64,000 nt of DNA from positions 62,001-126,000 of IMG/VR virus record IMGVR_UViG_3300035070_002626; one strand, 5' to 3'. Each line of letters starts with the position of its first letter. Position 1 is the stretch's first letter. Under the pieces are notes generated by a model, which was not told the origin of the DNA, did no database searches, and saw nothing but the letters and a program-made list of their open reading frames with translations. This document shows positions 1-8,809 of this stretch, one piece after another. Position numbers and translations under genes: made by a program.

Positions 1-110
1 ATGCCATTGTTGCCGACAAGCCCTTTGCGTTTAGCACAGTTATAACAGTATCTATACTTTGAATTAGTTCGATTACTGCAAAAAAACGCAGCACAAGTTT
101 TTTGACTCAT
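1..110 (-). CDS. Small Cys-rich (CxxxxC...CxxC) zinc-finger-like protein, runs off window start
   Basis: Manual translation MSQKTCAAFFCSNRTNSKYRYCYNCAKRKG...; TAGGAG RBS upstream; not in ORF track. Confidence 0.6.
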   Translation of the reverse strand, partial: MSQKTCAAFFCSNRTNSKYRYCYNCAKRKGLVGNNG

Positions 111-124
111 TAAAAACTCCTATT

Positions 125-1159
125 TTATAATCCGGCAAACCATGTATCAGAAAAGTCTCTAACTTTAGCAAGTTCGATTTGTGCTGGTTCGTATTCAGGG
201 TGCACAGGACTAAACACATGATGGAAGTTGTATTCCTCAAGCGACCAAGAGCCCCACATTTGCAATTTAGAATATTCCACTATGTCTACATCAAATTCCT
301 TGCAAAAATAGTAAAATGGTTCTATTTCTTGATAATTTTGCTGTTGTAAAATCATCCTGGTATGTAATTTAAAACCTAATTCATGTTTCTTGTTTTGTAA
401 AAAATGCATTGCTTGTAGTAACTTTGGCCATTTCCCACCGCGGCGTATTTTTTCGTATGTGTCGGCTTGTGATGCATCAATACTTACAGTTATTTTGTTA
501 ATGTTATTAACTTTGTTTCCGAATCGATGCCAGTTTTGTTCGCACAGCAACCCATTTGTACCAAAGTCAAATTCTACATTGGGAAATTTATCAATATCAA
601 TTGAGTTTACAAAATCCATTAACATAGGACTAGCAAACACTTCACCTGCCCCGCCAAGTTCTATTTTTATTTTTTTATCTGTTGCGTCAGCAAACAAGTT
701 GTTAGAAAGAGTTTCGCCTAGCTTGCGCTGTTCTTCTTGTTTTGATAATGGAGTTTTTATAATATGACGTCGGCAGCTAGGACAACTTAGATTACAAGTT
801 TGGTCCCCATTGAAACTAATATGATGAGGCATTTCAAATTTTGATGGATCGTCGAATAGTTCTCTTATGTTCGGCGGCACTGACTTGATCTTGTTTAGCC
901 CGTTGTTAGCAATTACAGCACACCAATCTGCATCACAATAAACATAAGATCCATCAATGATACTTTGTCTAATTTTTTGTGCCAGTTCAGACGACAACAA
1001 TTCCTTTAGTGTGTTTTCTTTTAAATTTCCAATGGTAGTTGGCATCCATCGGTTACATCCACACATTCGAACATCGCCCTCTAGGGTAACCTCGATCATA
1101 ACAAATGGTGACAAACAGTACTTCCCTTGGTACTGTTTAGCCGGAAACATTTCAATCAT
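125..1159 (-). CDS. Radical SAM protein with N-terminal SPASM/twitch-like Cys cluster
   Basis: CNLSCPSC (CxxxCxxC) motif, GGAGE motif, N-terminal C...CGC...CDADWC; start at MIEMF overlaps the upstream stop. Confidence 0.85.
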   Translation of the reverse strand: MIEMFPAKQYQGKYCLSPFVMIEVTLEGDVRMCGCNRWMPTTIGNLKENTLKELLSSELAQKIRQSIIDGSYVYCDADWCAVIANNGLNKIKSVPPNIRELFDDPSKFEMPHHISFNGDQTCNLSCPSCRRHIIKTPLSKQEEQRKLGETLSNNLFADATDKKIKIELGGAGEVFASPMLMDFVNSIDIDKFPNVEFDFGTNGLLCEQNWHRFGNKVNNINKITVSIDASQADTYEKIRRGGKWPKLLQAMHFLQNKKHELGFKLHTRMILQQQNYQEIEPFYYFCKEFDVDIVEYSKLQMWGSWSLEEYNFHHVFSPVHPEYEPAQIELAKVRDFSDTWFAGL

Positions 1160-1319
1160 ACTTAACAGCCCGTACTGTGTTGGCATATTTTCGTTTAATC
1201 TTTTTCACAGTGGGCTTGCTGCGAGAAATAACTGAACCTAATGGTGCCGAAACTGTGGCAATACTACCACTTGCTGTTCCGCCTGTACTTACATCTTCTA
1301 GTAACTCTCGAATCTTCAT
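1152..1319 (-). CDS. Small putative virion/head protein (MKIRELLE...)
   Basis: Manual translation, 55 aa; ATGA-type overlaps with neighbours; shares the N-terminal motif of the cluster. Confidence 0.65.
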   Translation of the reverse strand: MKIRELLEDVSTGGTASGSIATVSAPLGSVISRSKPTVKKIKRKYANTVRAVKYD

Positions 1320-1603
1320 GATGCTAATATCTCAAATGTTTCATTATCTATTATAGATACCAGTCCTTCGGTGCACTTTAATCCACGTATTTTAAATTTG
1401 CCTTTGTCAAGTTTTTTTATGCGTATCTTGTAAATACCAGCAGGGGCATCAAGTTGCAACATCTCTGTTAAGTATTGCGGCCCACTCCATATATAATTGC
1501 GCTCGGTAAACATCTCGTCATTGACATATACTCTATATGCAGGCGGATTGGTTTGCCAATCACAATATAAATCAAATTCAATTTTAGTAAAATCTGTTGT
1601 CAT
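1316..1603 (-). CDS. Hypothetical protein (beta-rich, 95 aa)
   Basis: ORF track 1316..1756; start trimmed to MTTDF to remove overlap with the upstream gene. Confidence 0.65.
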   Translation of the reverse strand: MTTDFTKIEFDLYCDWQTNPPAYRVYVNDEMFTERNYIWSGPQYLTEMLQLDAPAGIYKIRIKKLDKGKFKIRGLKCTEGLVSIIDNETFEILAS

Positions 1604-1604
1604 A

Positions 1605-1952
1605 TTAGTAACGTGATTTTCTAGGGTATTTGTCTGCAAGTTTATCACGTTTGAGATTGGCAGAACTAAATGGATCATCCCAAGACGGAGGAAAAAAAGT
1701 ATCAACAAAATTATCAAATACATCTTGTGCACTTGCTGGTCTAGTCCGAGTATCAAATTGTTTGATAAGCAATCCAGCTGCTTTGCCTACACCTGCTTGT
1801 CCCTCACGAGACAGTTTTGCAGCTTGGGCAATAACTTCATCAGATACTTCGCCTTGTGGATCAATCTTTTTAAGATCTTTAATAGCTCTTGCAATAGCAG
1901 GCATTATATCTTCGGGGCCTCGATCTTCGTTGATTACTTCAAACATTTTCAT
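1605..1952 (-). CDS. Hypothetical protein (MKMFEVINE...)
   Basis: ORF track; start trimmed to the ATG after an AAGGAA RBS. Confidence 0.65.
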   Translation of the reverse strand: MKMFEVINEDRGPEDIMPAIARAIKDLKKIDPQGEVSDEVIAQAAKLSREGQAGVGKAAGLLIKQFDTRTRPASAQDVFDNFVDTFFPPSWDDPFSSANLKRDKLADKYPRKSRY

Positions 1953-1963
1953 ACTGTATTCCT

Positions 1964-2152
1964 TTATCTGCCTTGTGCGTAACTGTAACAGCCTTCGGTA
2001 AAACTGTTTGATGCACCAATTGGGCATTCTGATGTTGACTGTATGTTACGAGCTGCTGCCCATGCATATCCAGCTTTGTGGCCTGAACAATCTATTGTAC
2101 AACGATATCCTTTGTATGTCAAGTCTTCATTTACTATGTCATTTATTTTCAT
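1964..2152 (-). CDS. Small Cys-rich protein (CTIDCSGHKAGYAWA...C...SNSFTEGC)
   Basis: ORF track, start trimmed to MKINDIVNE; four spaced Cys. Confidence 0.7.
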   Translation of the reverse strand: MKINDIVNEDLTYKGYRCTIDCSGHKAGYAWAAARNIQSTSECPIGASNSFTEGCYSYAQGR

Positions 2153-2261
2153 ATTTTTTAGCCTCTTGGTATTCTTTCCAATATGTATTACGCTCGTTAG
2201 TCGTTGCTCTACGTACTTCGTGTTCAAGCAGTTTTTTTACATAATGTTGTATGTCTACCAT
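2139..2261 (-). CDS. 40-aa hypothetical protein (MVDIQHYVKKLLEHEVRR...)
   Basis: Manual translation; directly downstream of a TAAATA late promoter. Confidence 0.55.
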   Translation of the reverse strand: MVDIQHYVKKLLEHEVRRATTNERNTYWKEYQEAKKYENK

Positions 2262-2290
2262 TTTTATTCACTTTTCTTCTATGTACGTAT

Positions 2291-2896
2291 TTATTTAACC
2301 CAAGCACCTATACGTCCGTGAACATCTGGATAGTCACGATAAGTGTACCCTTCGGGCGGTGTTGTATCCTCGCCTTCCCAAACAGGGATAAAATGATTGA
2401 TATTACCGTCAAAGTCTTCGTTGCGTCTTAGGTGTACTTCAATTAGCTTGTTGCCTATAAACTCACAGTTCACCCATGGGTGATGTTCTACTAGTTCAGT
2501 TAGCAGTGTAGGAAATGCAAATGATTTGTCGTCTCTGCGCCAGTCGATCCACTTGGTAAATGTATCTTCAGGCTTGCGTCCTTGTACACACAACATTTGC
2601 TTGCTTTCAAAATAGTCTATACTATAATGATCGCCTTCGAAAAACTCACACCAAAAATGTCCCACTGGGAGATGCATTGTTTCTTGATCAAGCCAGATTT
2701 TTTGTGTACCTAGTCCAAGTCCTTGCATGTTAACACAAGGGCGCACAATATAAAAACCCGGATGCGGAACATCAAGTCCGACCGGGCCACAGTTATAATT
2801 TAGTTTACGTGCTAGTATAAGTTTATCCATTGCCCATATGTGATCTGGATTTATGTTTTGCCAAACAAAATCTTCTGCACTGTTTGGCGTGTACAT
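2291..2896 (-). CDS. Putative ATP-grasp-like protein
   Basis: YIVRPCVNMQGLGLG loop and WCEFFEGDHYSID strand resemble ATP-grasp signatures; family call tentative. Confidence 0.5.
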   Translation of the reverse strand: MYTPNSAEDFVWQNINPDHIWAMDKLILARKLNYNCGPVGLDVPHPGFYIVRPCVNMQGLGLGTQKIWLDQETMHLPVGHFWCEFFEGDHYSIDYFESKQMLCVQGRKPEDTFTKWIDWRRDDKSFAFPTLLTELVEHHPWVNCEFIGNKLIEVHLRRNEDFDGNINHFIPVWEGEDTTPPEGYTYRDYPDVHGRIGAWVK

Positions 2897-2898
2897 TA

Positions 2899-3297
2899 TT
2901 ATTTTCCTTTGGTATTGCTTACATTCTTTGCTTTGCCTTTACGGTCTTTGTCAGGATCTTGCCTACGTTTTTTATTAACCGCGGTAGCTATAGCTTTCTT
3001 GCCGCCTTTAGCTCTTAGGCTTGCAGCTTTACTTTTACTGAGACACTTAGGCTTGCCCTCGCCTTCGCTGCTATCACCACATTTGCCAATACGTTCGCCT
3101 TTAGTATTGTAACGATCCCATCCGCCGCCTCCGGCTCCGCCTTTTTTACCTTTGCCAAACCACGCTTTGAGATCTTCTTCTACTTCTACTTCTTCGTTCT
3201 TAACACAGTTGGGCACACGTTTTCCAAACATGGTTTTCATACCATCTTTTTTGTAGCCTTTCCAACACTTCTCTGTGACAATTTCTTCTATAAGCAT
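2899..3297 (-). CDS. Basic mosaic protein with KCWKGY...KRVPNCV and KPKC motifs (T4-like cyanophage-type modules)
   Basis: ORF track; start trimmed to MLIEEIVTE. Confidence 0.7.
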   Translation of the reverse strand: MLIEEIVTEKCWKGYKKDGMKTMFGKRVPNCVKNEEVEVEEDLKAWFGKGKKGGAGGGGWDRYNTKGERIGKCGDSSEGEGKPKCLSKSKAASLRAKGGKKAIATAVNKKRRQDPDKDRKGKAKNVSNTKGK

Positions 3298-3298
3298 G

Positions 3299-3499
3299 TT
3301 ACTTCTTCTTACTATTACCCCAATTAGCGGCACCCTTTTTGCGGCACTGTACTAACGCACCCGATGCATATGCACTTGGCCATACTTTATAACGTGATTT
3401 TACTTTGTGATAGCAAGCATCTTTCTCGCCAGCGGCTTCATCAAACTGTGCTTCTGTCATCATTTCTGTTGATTCATTTAAAACGTCATTGATTTTCAT
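3299..3499 (-). CDS. Small basic protein with KVWPSAYASG motif (DUF5872-like)
   Basis: Motif CYHKVKSRYKVWPSAYASGALVQCRKKG recognised from memory; start MKINDVLNE. Confidence 0.65.
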   Translation of the reverse strand: MKINDVLNESTEMMTEAQFDEAAGEKDACYHKVKSRYKVWPSAYASGALVQCRKKGAANWGNSKKK

Positions 3500-3680
3500 T
3501 TAGTATATCCTTCATTACGCTGGTTGCTGTATCAGTAAAGAGGCGGGGCGCAACTGCATGTATAACAAGAGCGGGTACTAACAACTGTAGTCTTACAGCA
3601 ATTTTGAGTGCATGGCCCATATGTTCTAAGCCAGTTTTGCCTGTTTCTTCTAAATGTAGTTTGCATTGTTTACTAAACAT
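3486..3680 (-). CDS. Small membrane-associated hypothetical protein (DUF6356-like)
   Basis: HL...EH...A pattern plus hydrophobic helix; TAATG overlap with upstream gene. Confidence 0.55.
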   Translation of the reverse strand: MFSKQCKLHLEETGKTGLEHMGHALKIAVRLQLLVPALVIHAVAPRLFTDTATSVMKDILNENQ

Positions 3681-5830
3681 TATTTCTTTTTTCCACTCTT
3701 CATATTGGCACACCAGTGATACATCTTAGCTCGCTCGCCTGAATATTTCTTTGCACGAGCACGTAAATCAGTTACACTACCGTTGCAACTTGCACCTGCT
3801 GCTTTTACACGACCCGGTTTGCTTTTGCCTTTTACTTTACCGTCTGCAAAGTTTTCATCCATTTTGGCTAATTTTGCAGCAATAGCCATTTGTCTACGCT
3901 TTGCTTTACTTTTACCTTTGAATTGCGGAGCATCACTTTGGTAGAAATCATCAATAACATCACCCATTGGGGTACGCTTTGTAATCTTCTCATTAATGCT
4001 TTCTGTGAAAAATGGGCCACTAAGTTCTTGGTCATCCTGGCTTAACATTGCTTTGTTAATATCAGCAATAATGTCTGGAGTTAAATGTCTTGCACGGTTA
4101 ACAGTGTTACTGTTAAAAAATAAATGTACTTCAACAGGAATGTCGCCAAATACTTGTTGTATGGCAATCATTCTGCTGCGACCTTCATGCCCAATGATTT
4201 CTGCTGTACTGCCTTCTGTGTAACTAATAATAAGAAAAGGTGCTCCAATTGCACCACCATTTTTGATATGATCAACTACTTTATCAACTGCCGGAACACC
4301 ACGTCTGCTTTCTGCTAATTTCAAAAACACACTTGGTTTCATCTTAACACGCATGCCAAAATAGTCAACTTCTTGGTTGTTAGGAACAGCACCCCAACCT
4401 TCTTTGTTGTCTATATTTACATCTTCGTTAAATGCTGTATCTGTTGCAGTCTTTGCACTCTTACCGTCAGGATGCTTAGGATTGATACCTACAACTTCGC
4501 CATTGATTAAGTCTGAGATGTTTGATGCTTTGCCAATTCTATCTAATAGCTGATGTAGTTTGTCATTCGCATCGTAGTTACCACTTTCATAGCCACTCTT
4601 ACCACGAACTTCTGTACGCTTGCCAGTTGCGGTATCAGTAATGTTTAACACCATCATATCAGCATCACGTTCTAGTTGTAGCTTGTAACCTTCGTTAACA
4701 CTTTCATTAAGTTTGTATTCGTATGTATCAGTGCCTGTTTTTTCTAACCATTCAAACTTGTCGAAAAACTTCCGGTTAGTTACTTTATATACTGTCAACG
4801 GTAATTTGTTTTGATCTGCATATGATTTTATTGCATTCATAACTTTACCGCCTATGCCCGCACCTCGTTCTGACGTTGAGATTTGTGACATTAAGATTTT
4901 TTCTGGGCGATAACTCTTTGCTGCATCTAATAGTATATGTCCAAAGTCCCCTTTAAGCATATACGTGCCACCACCACCGATCATTTCTGTTGTTGACCAT
5001 GGGACCCCAACTTTACCCCAACTAGTCCAACTAGTTGCACCAATAGCTTTACCGATATGTTTGATTAATGGGTAATCATTATTTAATGGCCACCATTTCT
5101 TATCAAATTCGATATCTACGTATCCATTTCGGATAGCGTCAAATTCTTCTTTAGATACTTCGTTGACACTTTCATTAATGCTTTCTTCGTTTACGTTGCT
5201 AGATCTAATTGCATCATACTTTGCTTGTAAACTTTCTACTAACCCTAGATTATACGCCTTGTTAGCACTGGTGTTTTTAGCTGCTGTTGCATGCAGTAGT
5301 GGAGGACTGCCCTTTTTGTCAATCTTCATACCTAGTTTAGCAGCCTGGCGCTGTGTTTCACCTGGCTTAACGTCAACAGTGAGTGCACTACTAAATCGAG
5401 GATCTTTTGCTTGTGCTTTAGTTGGAATGTAGCCACTTGCTTCTTCAACTTTAGCTTTGGGAATATCGTTGCGATGTTCAAGTTCGCTAGCATCTACTAC
5501 AATTGCTGGCAAACTTTCAAGCCCAGCTTTTTTTGCAGCGGCAAATCTGTGGTGACCGTCAAGAATCATATAACCATCAGTGGTACGGGTTACAACAATA
5601 GGATCACCGTTCCACATGTTTGCTTTCATTTTAACAGCAATGCTTAAAACTTGATCTCCATGCTCTTTGGCATTCAACTTGTCTGTGGATTCAAATCCGT
5701 ATAACTGAGACAATGGTATATCTTTGTCAGCAGAACGCTTCATAAATTCATCAGGTATGTCGGCACCCCTGTAACCAGGGTTGTGCCATAATGTTATTTT
5801 TTCTTTAGATTCAAACCATGATGCTCGCAT
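3680..5830 (-). CDS. 716-aa mosaic protein: ParB/Srx-like domain, GNAT-like domain, second ParB-like domain, basic modules
   Basis: DPIVV...ILDGHHRFAAA (ParB/Srx); ERGAGIGGKVM (GNAT motif A); IIGHEGRSRM; late promoter just upstream. Confidence 0.75.
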   Translation of the reverse strand: MRASWFESKEKITLWHNPGYRGADIPDEFMKRSADKDIPLSQLYGFESTDKLNAKEHGDQVLSIAVKMKANMWNGDPIVVTRTTDGYMILDGHHRFAAAKKAGLESLPAIVVDASELEHRNDIPKAKVEEASGYIPTKAQAKDPRFSSALTVDVKPGETQRQAAKLGMKIDKKGSPPLLHATAAKNTSANKAYNLGLVESLQAKYDAIRSSNVNEESINESVNEVSKEEFDAIRNGYVDIEFDKKWWPLNNDYPLIKHIGKAIGATSWTSWGKVGVPWSTTEMIGGGGTYMLKGDFGHILLDAAKSYRPEKILMSQISTSERGAGIGGKVMNAIKSYADQNKLPLTVYKVTNRKFFDKFEWLEKTGTDTYEYKLNESVNEGYKLQLERDADMMVLNITDTATGKRTEVRGKSGYESGNYDANDKLHQLLDRIGKASNISDLINGEVVGINPKHPDGKSAKTATDTAFNEDVNIDNKEGWGAVPNNQEVDYFGMRVKMKPSVFLKLAESRRGVPAVDKVVDHIKNGGAIGAPFLIISYTEGSTAEIIGHEGRSRMIAIQQVFGDIPVEVHLFFNSNTVNRARHLTPDIIADINKAMLSQDDQELSGPFFTESINEKITKRTPMGDVIDDFYQSDAPQFKGKSKAKRRQMAIAAKLAKMDENFADGKVKGKSKPGRVKAAGASCNGSVTDLRARAKKYSGERAKMYHWCANMKSGKKK

Positions 5831-5845
5831 GTCAGTATTTATGCT

Positions 5846-6757
5846 TTAGCTAGCTTTCTTTTTTTGTTGGTTTTTAGCAAGAAGTCTAGCACCATTTGGT
5901 GCTGTTGGAGCTTGGCCTGGCAATTCGATAGTGCCTACGTCAGTAGCTTGTGCTTCCAATGGGCCATTGCGTTCTATCTCGGCTTGCAGTGCTTTAAAAA
6001 TGTTGCCTTGCTCGTTATGATCAAAAACAAAACTACCACTGTGTTGCAACAGCACACGCTTGTCGACCCACACTTCACCACCTAGATCACGCCAGTTTTC
6101 GCAGAATGTCCAGTCTTCGCTGTAGTAACGTCCTTCGCGAACATCAGTGTCAAAATAGGTTTTCATGTGTTTGTTTAGTGCAGGATCGAGGCCAATGTCA
6201 TTTTGAAAAGGAACAACTGACGGATGGTTGTCGAGTTTTTCAAACACATGACGCTTGATCAACAAAAAGCCTGTTCCTGTTTTACTTACTTCCTGAAGTC
6301 TTCCGTCATCTTCTGTTTTTGCACCTTCGAATCCATTCACGCACCATTTAACTGGTAGAGATTTAAGAGGATACATACCGCCAATAACATCTTTGTCTTG
6401 ATGCAACAACAGCAATAAGTGCCAAGGTTGCCAGCCAATGTCAGCATCAATAAACATCAAGTGTGTTGACTTTTCTGTATTGAGAAACTTTGCTGTCATG
6501 GTATTTCTGGCACGACTAATCAAACTTTCGTTTGTAAGTGTTTCAACAGTCCAATCTAGTCCAAGTTGCCTTGCTGTATTACTAAATCGAATAAAACTCA
6601 TAAAAGTAGATTCAGTTAGCATACCTCCATAACATGGCATACATATATGTACTTTTTGCTGCCGTAAAAAATCAATATTTACTTGCACTTTGTTGGGATC
6701 GACTGTTTCAACTTGAATATCGGTGTTGTTGTCTTCTACGTTGTTATCTTCGGCCAT
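5846..6757 (-). CDS. GT-A fold glycosyltransferase-like protein
   Basis: CMPCYGG, SLISRARN, THLMFIDADIGW (DxD), GTGFLLIKR, SEDWTFC motifs. Confidence 0.8.
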   Translation of the reverse strand: MAEDNNVEDNNTDIQVETVDPNKVQVNIDFLRQQKVHICMPCYGGMLTESTFMSFIRFSNTARQLGLDWTVETLTNESLISRARNTMTAKFLNTEKSTHLMFIDADIGWQPWHLLLLLHQDKDVIGGMYPLKSLPVKWCVNGFEGAKTEDDGRLQEVSKTGTGFLLIKRHVFEKLDNHPSVVPFQNDIGLDPALNKHMKTYFDTDVREGRYYSEDWTFCENWRDLGGEVWVDKRVLLQHSGSFVFDHNEQGNIFKALQAEIERNGPLEAQATDVGTIELPGQAPTAPNGARLLAKNQQKKKAS

Positions 6758-6816
6758 TGGTTCCTCATGGGTTATATTATATAGGTATTTAACGGAAGGT
6801 TGTAGGCAGTACTAAA

Positions 6817-8244
6817 TTAATCTTTGACAACAAGAGTAGTCTTAGGTCCATCTTTCATCAACATGTTAAACGTTTTAAGAAAGTGACGCTTTTGAGTAAT
6901 TCTTTTGTCAATGTCTTGTTGCACCTCTGGGCTTTGTCTAAGGAACAATGACATAAATTTTTCAGCGACTTTTGGAGTTACTTCAACTGTAGTACCATCA
7001 TCAAATTTAATTGGAAACGCTTGTTTGTCTTTTCTACTCGAAATGTTGTCTAGTACACGCAGCGGTTTGCTTTGATATACGTACTCTACGAGTTCTTCTT
7101 CTGGTAGATAATCTTCTACTGCCATTGCATCTAGTGCGTTTTTCTCATCGCCGGGAGAAACATATCCACTACCTGTTCTTGCAGATCCCACAGTGTGGCT
7201 TGATGATGGTGACTTGTCTGCTCCTGCGGCTTTCGCTATACCAGCTGCTACACCACTTAGTGCTGATCCAACCATGCCCGTGTTAGCAGGATTCATCTTA
7301 GATGCTATATGACCTGCGCCACGCAGAGCTGCATATGCAAGTGGATTTTCATCAACCTGCTGTTCTTCGTTTGAAATATCAATTTCAACATCTTGCTTAA
7401 CAGGGCGATTGCCTCTTTTGTCTTTAAAACGCTTGTACTGAGCAAGTGCTTCAATCATTGATTGCATTACACCACTTTGATAAATGTGATATTCAAGTTC
7501 TTCGTACTTGCCTGAATCCAACATGTCAGCTAGACTGCGTAGCTTGTTACCGAGATTATTTTGTAAACTAGTTTCACTGTGTGTACCCATCCCGCCTTTT
7601 GGCAAGATATCAACAGTGTCGCCTTTGTTAACAATAATTGTCTCGTCGACTGTTGCCAGCGTTTTATCGCCGAGTACTGTTGAAAAAATTTCTTTGGCTT
7701 TATTAACAATTGCTGGGCTTGAATCTCCATACAAGCTTTTAACAAGATTGGTTCTCTCACCGTCGCTCATAGTTGGCCATTTAGCACGTATCTCAGTAGC
7801 ACTACTCATGCCTGGGCCAAAGCTTACAGTTGGCAAGTAAGTCATAAACCCGTGTTGTGTCATTGGTTCTGGATTGCGTCTATTAAGTGGTTGCAAATAA
7901 GATCTGCTACCATCTTTCTTTACACCACCCGGGAGAGGTGTTACGCCGCTGTCTTTATCAGATCTAACAAAAATAAGTTGTGTATCTGCTGGATCATAAT
8001 GTTGTGTAATTTCTTGAGGACGAAAGGGCGATTTAACTTGAATAAATCTATGCTTTGGTATTCCAGCAATTTGCGCTAGCTGCTGTTTTAGCCTAAACGG
8101 AAAAGGTCTTGCAGCTTGATCATCAGTTGCAGCAATATACACATCAGCACGGGGAAACGCTTCAACGGCTGCATCGTACAGTGCTTTGTGCCCTGCGTGG
8201 AACGGATGAAACCCTCCTGGAATGACGACTAATTTTTTTAACAT
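6817..8244 (-). CDS. Cytidylyltransferase-like (HIGH motif) nucleotidyltransferase with C-terminal extension
   Basis: N-terminal VVIPGGFHPFHAGH and MSSATEIR motifs. Confidence 0.75.
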   Translation of the reverse strand: MLKKLVVIPGGFHPFHAGHKALYDAAVEAFPRADVYIAATDDQAARPFPFRLKQQLAQIAGIPKHRFIQVKSPFRPQEITQHYDPADTQLIFVRSDKDSGVTPLPGGVKKDGSRSYLQPLNRRNPEPMTQHGFMTYLPTVSFGPGMSSATEIRAKWPTMSDGERTNLVKSLYGDSSPAIVNKAKEIFSTVLGDKTLATVDETIIVNKGDTVDILPKGGMGTHSETSLQNNLGNKLRSLADMLDSGKYEELEYHIYQSGVMQSMIEALAQYKRFKDKRGNRPVKQDVEIDISNEEQQVDENPLAYAALRGAGHIASKMNPANTGMVGSALSGVAAGIAKAAGADKSPSSSHTVGSARTGSGYVSPGDEKNALDAMAVEDYLPEEELVEYVYQSKPLRVLDNISSRKDKQAFPIKFDDGTTVEVTPKVAEKFMSLFLRQSPEVQQDIDKRITQKRHFLKTFNMLMKDGPKTTLVVKD

Positions 8245-8260
8245 AGTATTCTTATTCTTC

Positions 8261-8620
8261 CTAATAACTTAGCGTGATAGGCCCAATTTCGCCATCAGTA
8301 AACTGACTAACAATTGCACGTAACCAAGTAAACTTCCCGTAAATTGTAATACTGTAATCTGTAGTAATCGCAGTTGATCCGTCAACAGCACTATCGCCGG
8401 GAAAGGTATACACATTAAACCATTCACTGTCCACCGTTGGGTCTGTGTCTAAACTTGCTTGTATAGTCACCAACCCAGGAAAATCGTCAGCAATAAATCT
8501 TACACTCTGACTGTTACCTTGTCCTTGATAATAGCCCACTGCTTTTTGTCGCTCTCCAGTTATAACTGAAGTGCCACTGTGGACTGTTTCTGGAATTAGT
8601 ACAAGGTTACTGGATTTCAT
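8261..8620 (-). CDS. Hypothetical (putative structural) protein
   Basis: ORF track; beta-rich, 119 aa. Confidence 0.65.
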   Translation of the reverse strand: MKSSNLVLIPETVHSGTSVITGERQKAVGYYQGQGNSQSVRFIADDFPGLVTIQASLDTDPTVDSEWFNVYTFPGDSAVDGSTAITTDYSITIYGKFTWLRAIVSQFTDGEIGPITLSY

Positions 8621-8621
8621 T

Positions 8622-8801
8622 TTATTCTGCTTTGATTACTTCTACTAGCACACCACTCTGCGAGTTTTCGTTTGCTAGTTGCGAAATTACTGCCTCGAGT
8701 TGTGCAATAATTTCATCATTGAGAAGTTCCGTAGCAGGTGAATCATCCTTGACTAGTTCGCTTACTGTGATTGCTATAGATGTTGAGTTTATCTTTGCCA
8801 T
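8622..8801 (-). CDS. 59-aa hypothetical protein (MAKINSTSIAITVSELVKD...)
   Basis: Manual translation; TAAATA late promoter 6 nt upstream; fills the gap exactly. Confidence 0.7.
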   Translation of the reverse strand: MAKINSTSIAITVSELVKDDSPATELLNDEIIAQLEAVISQLANENSQSGVLVEVIKAE

Positions 8802-8809
8802 AATGTTAT

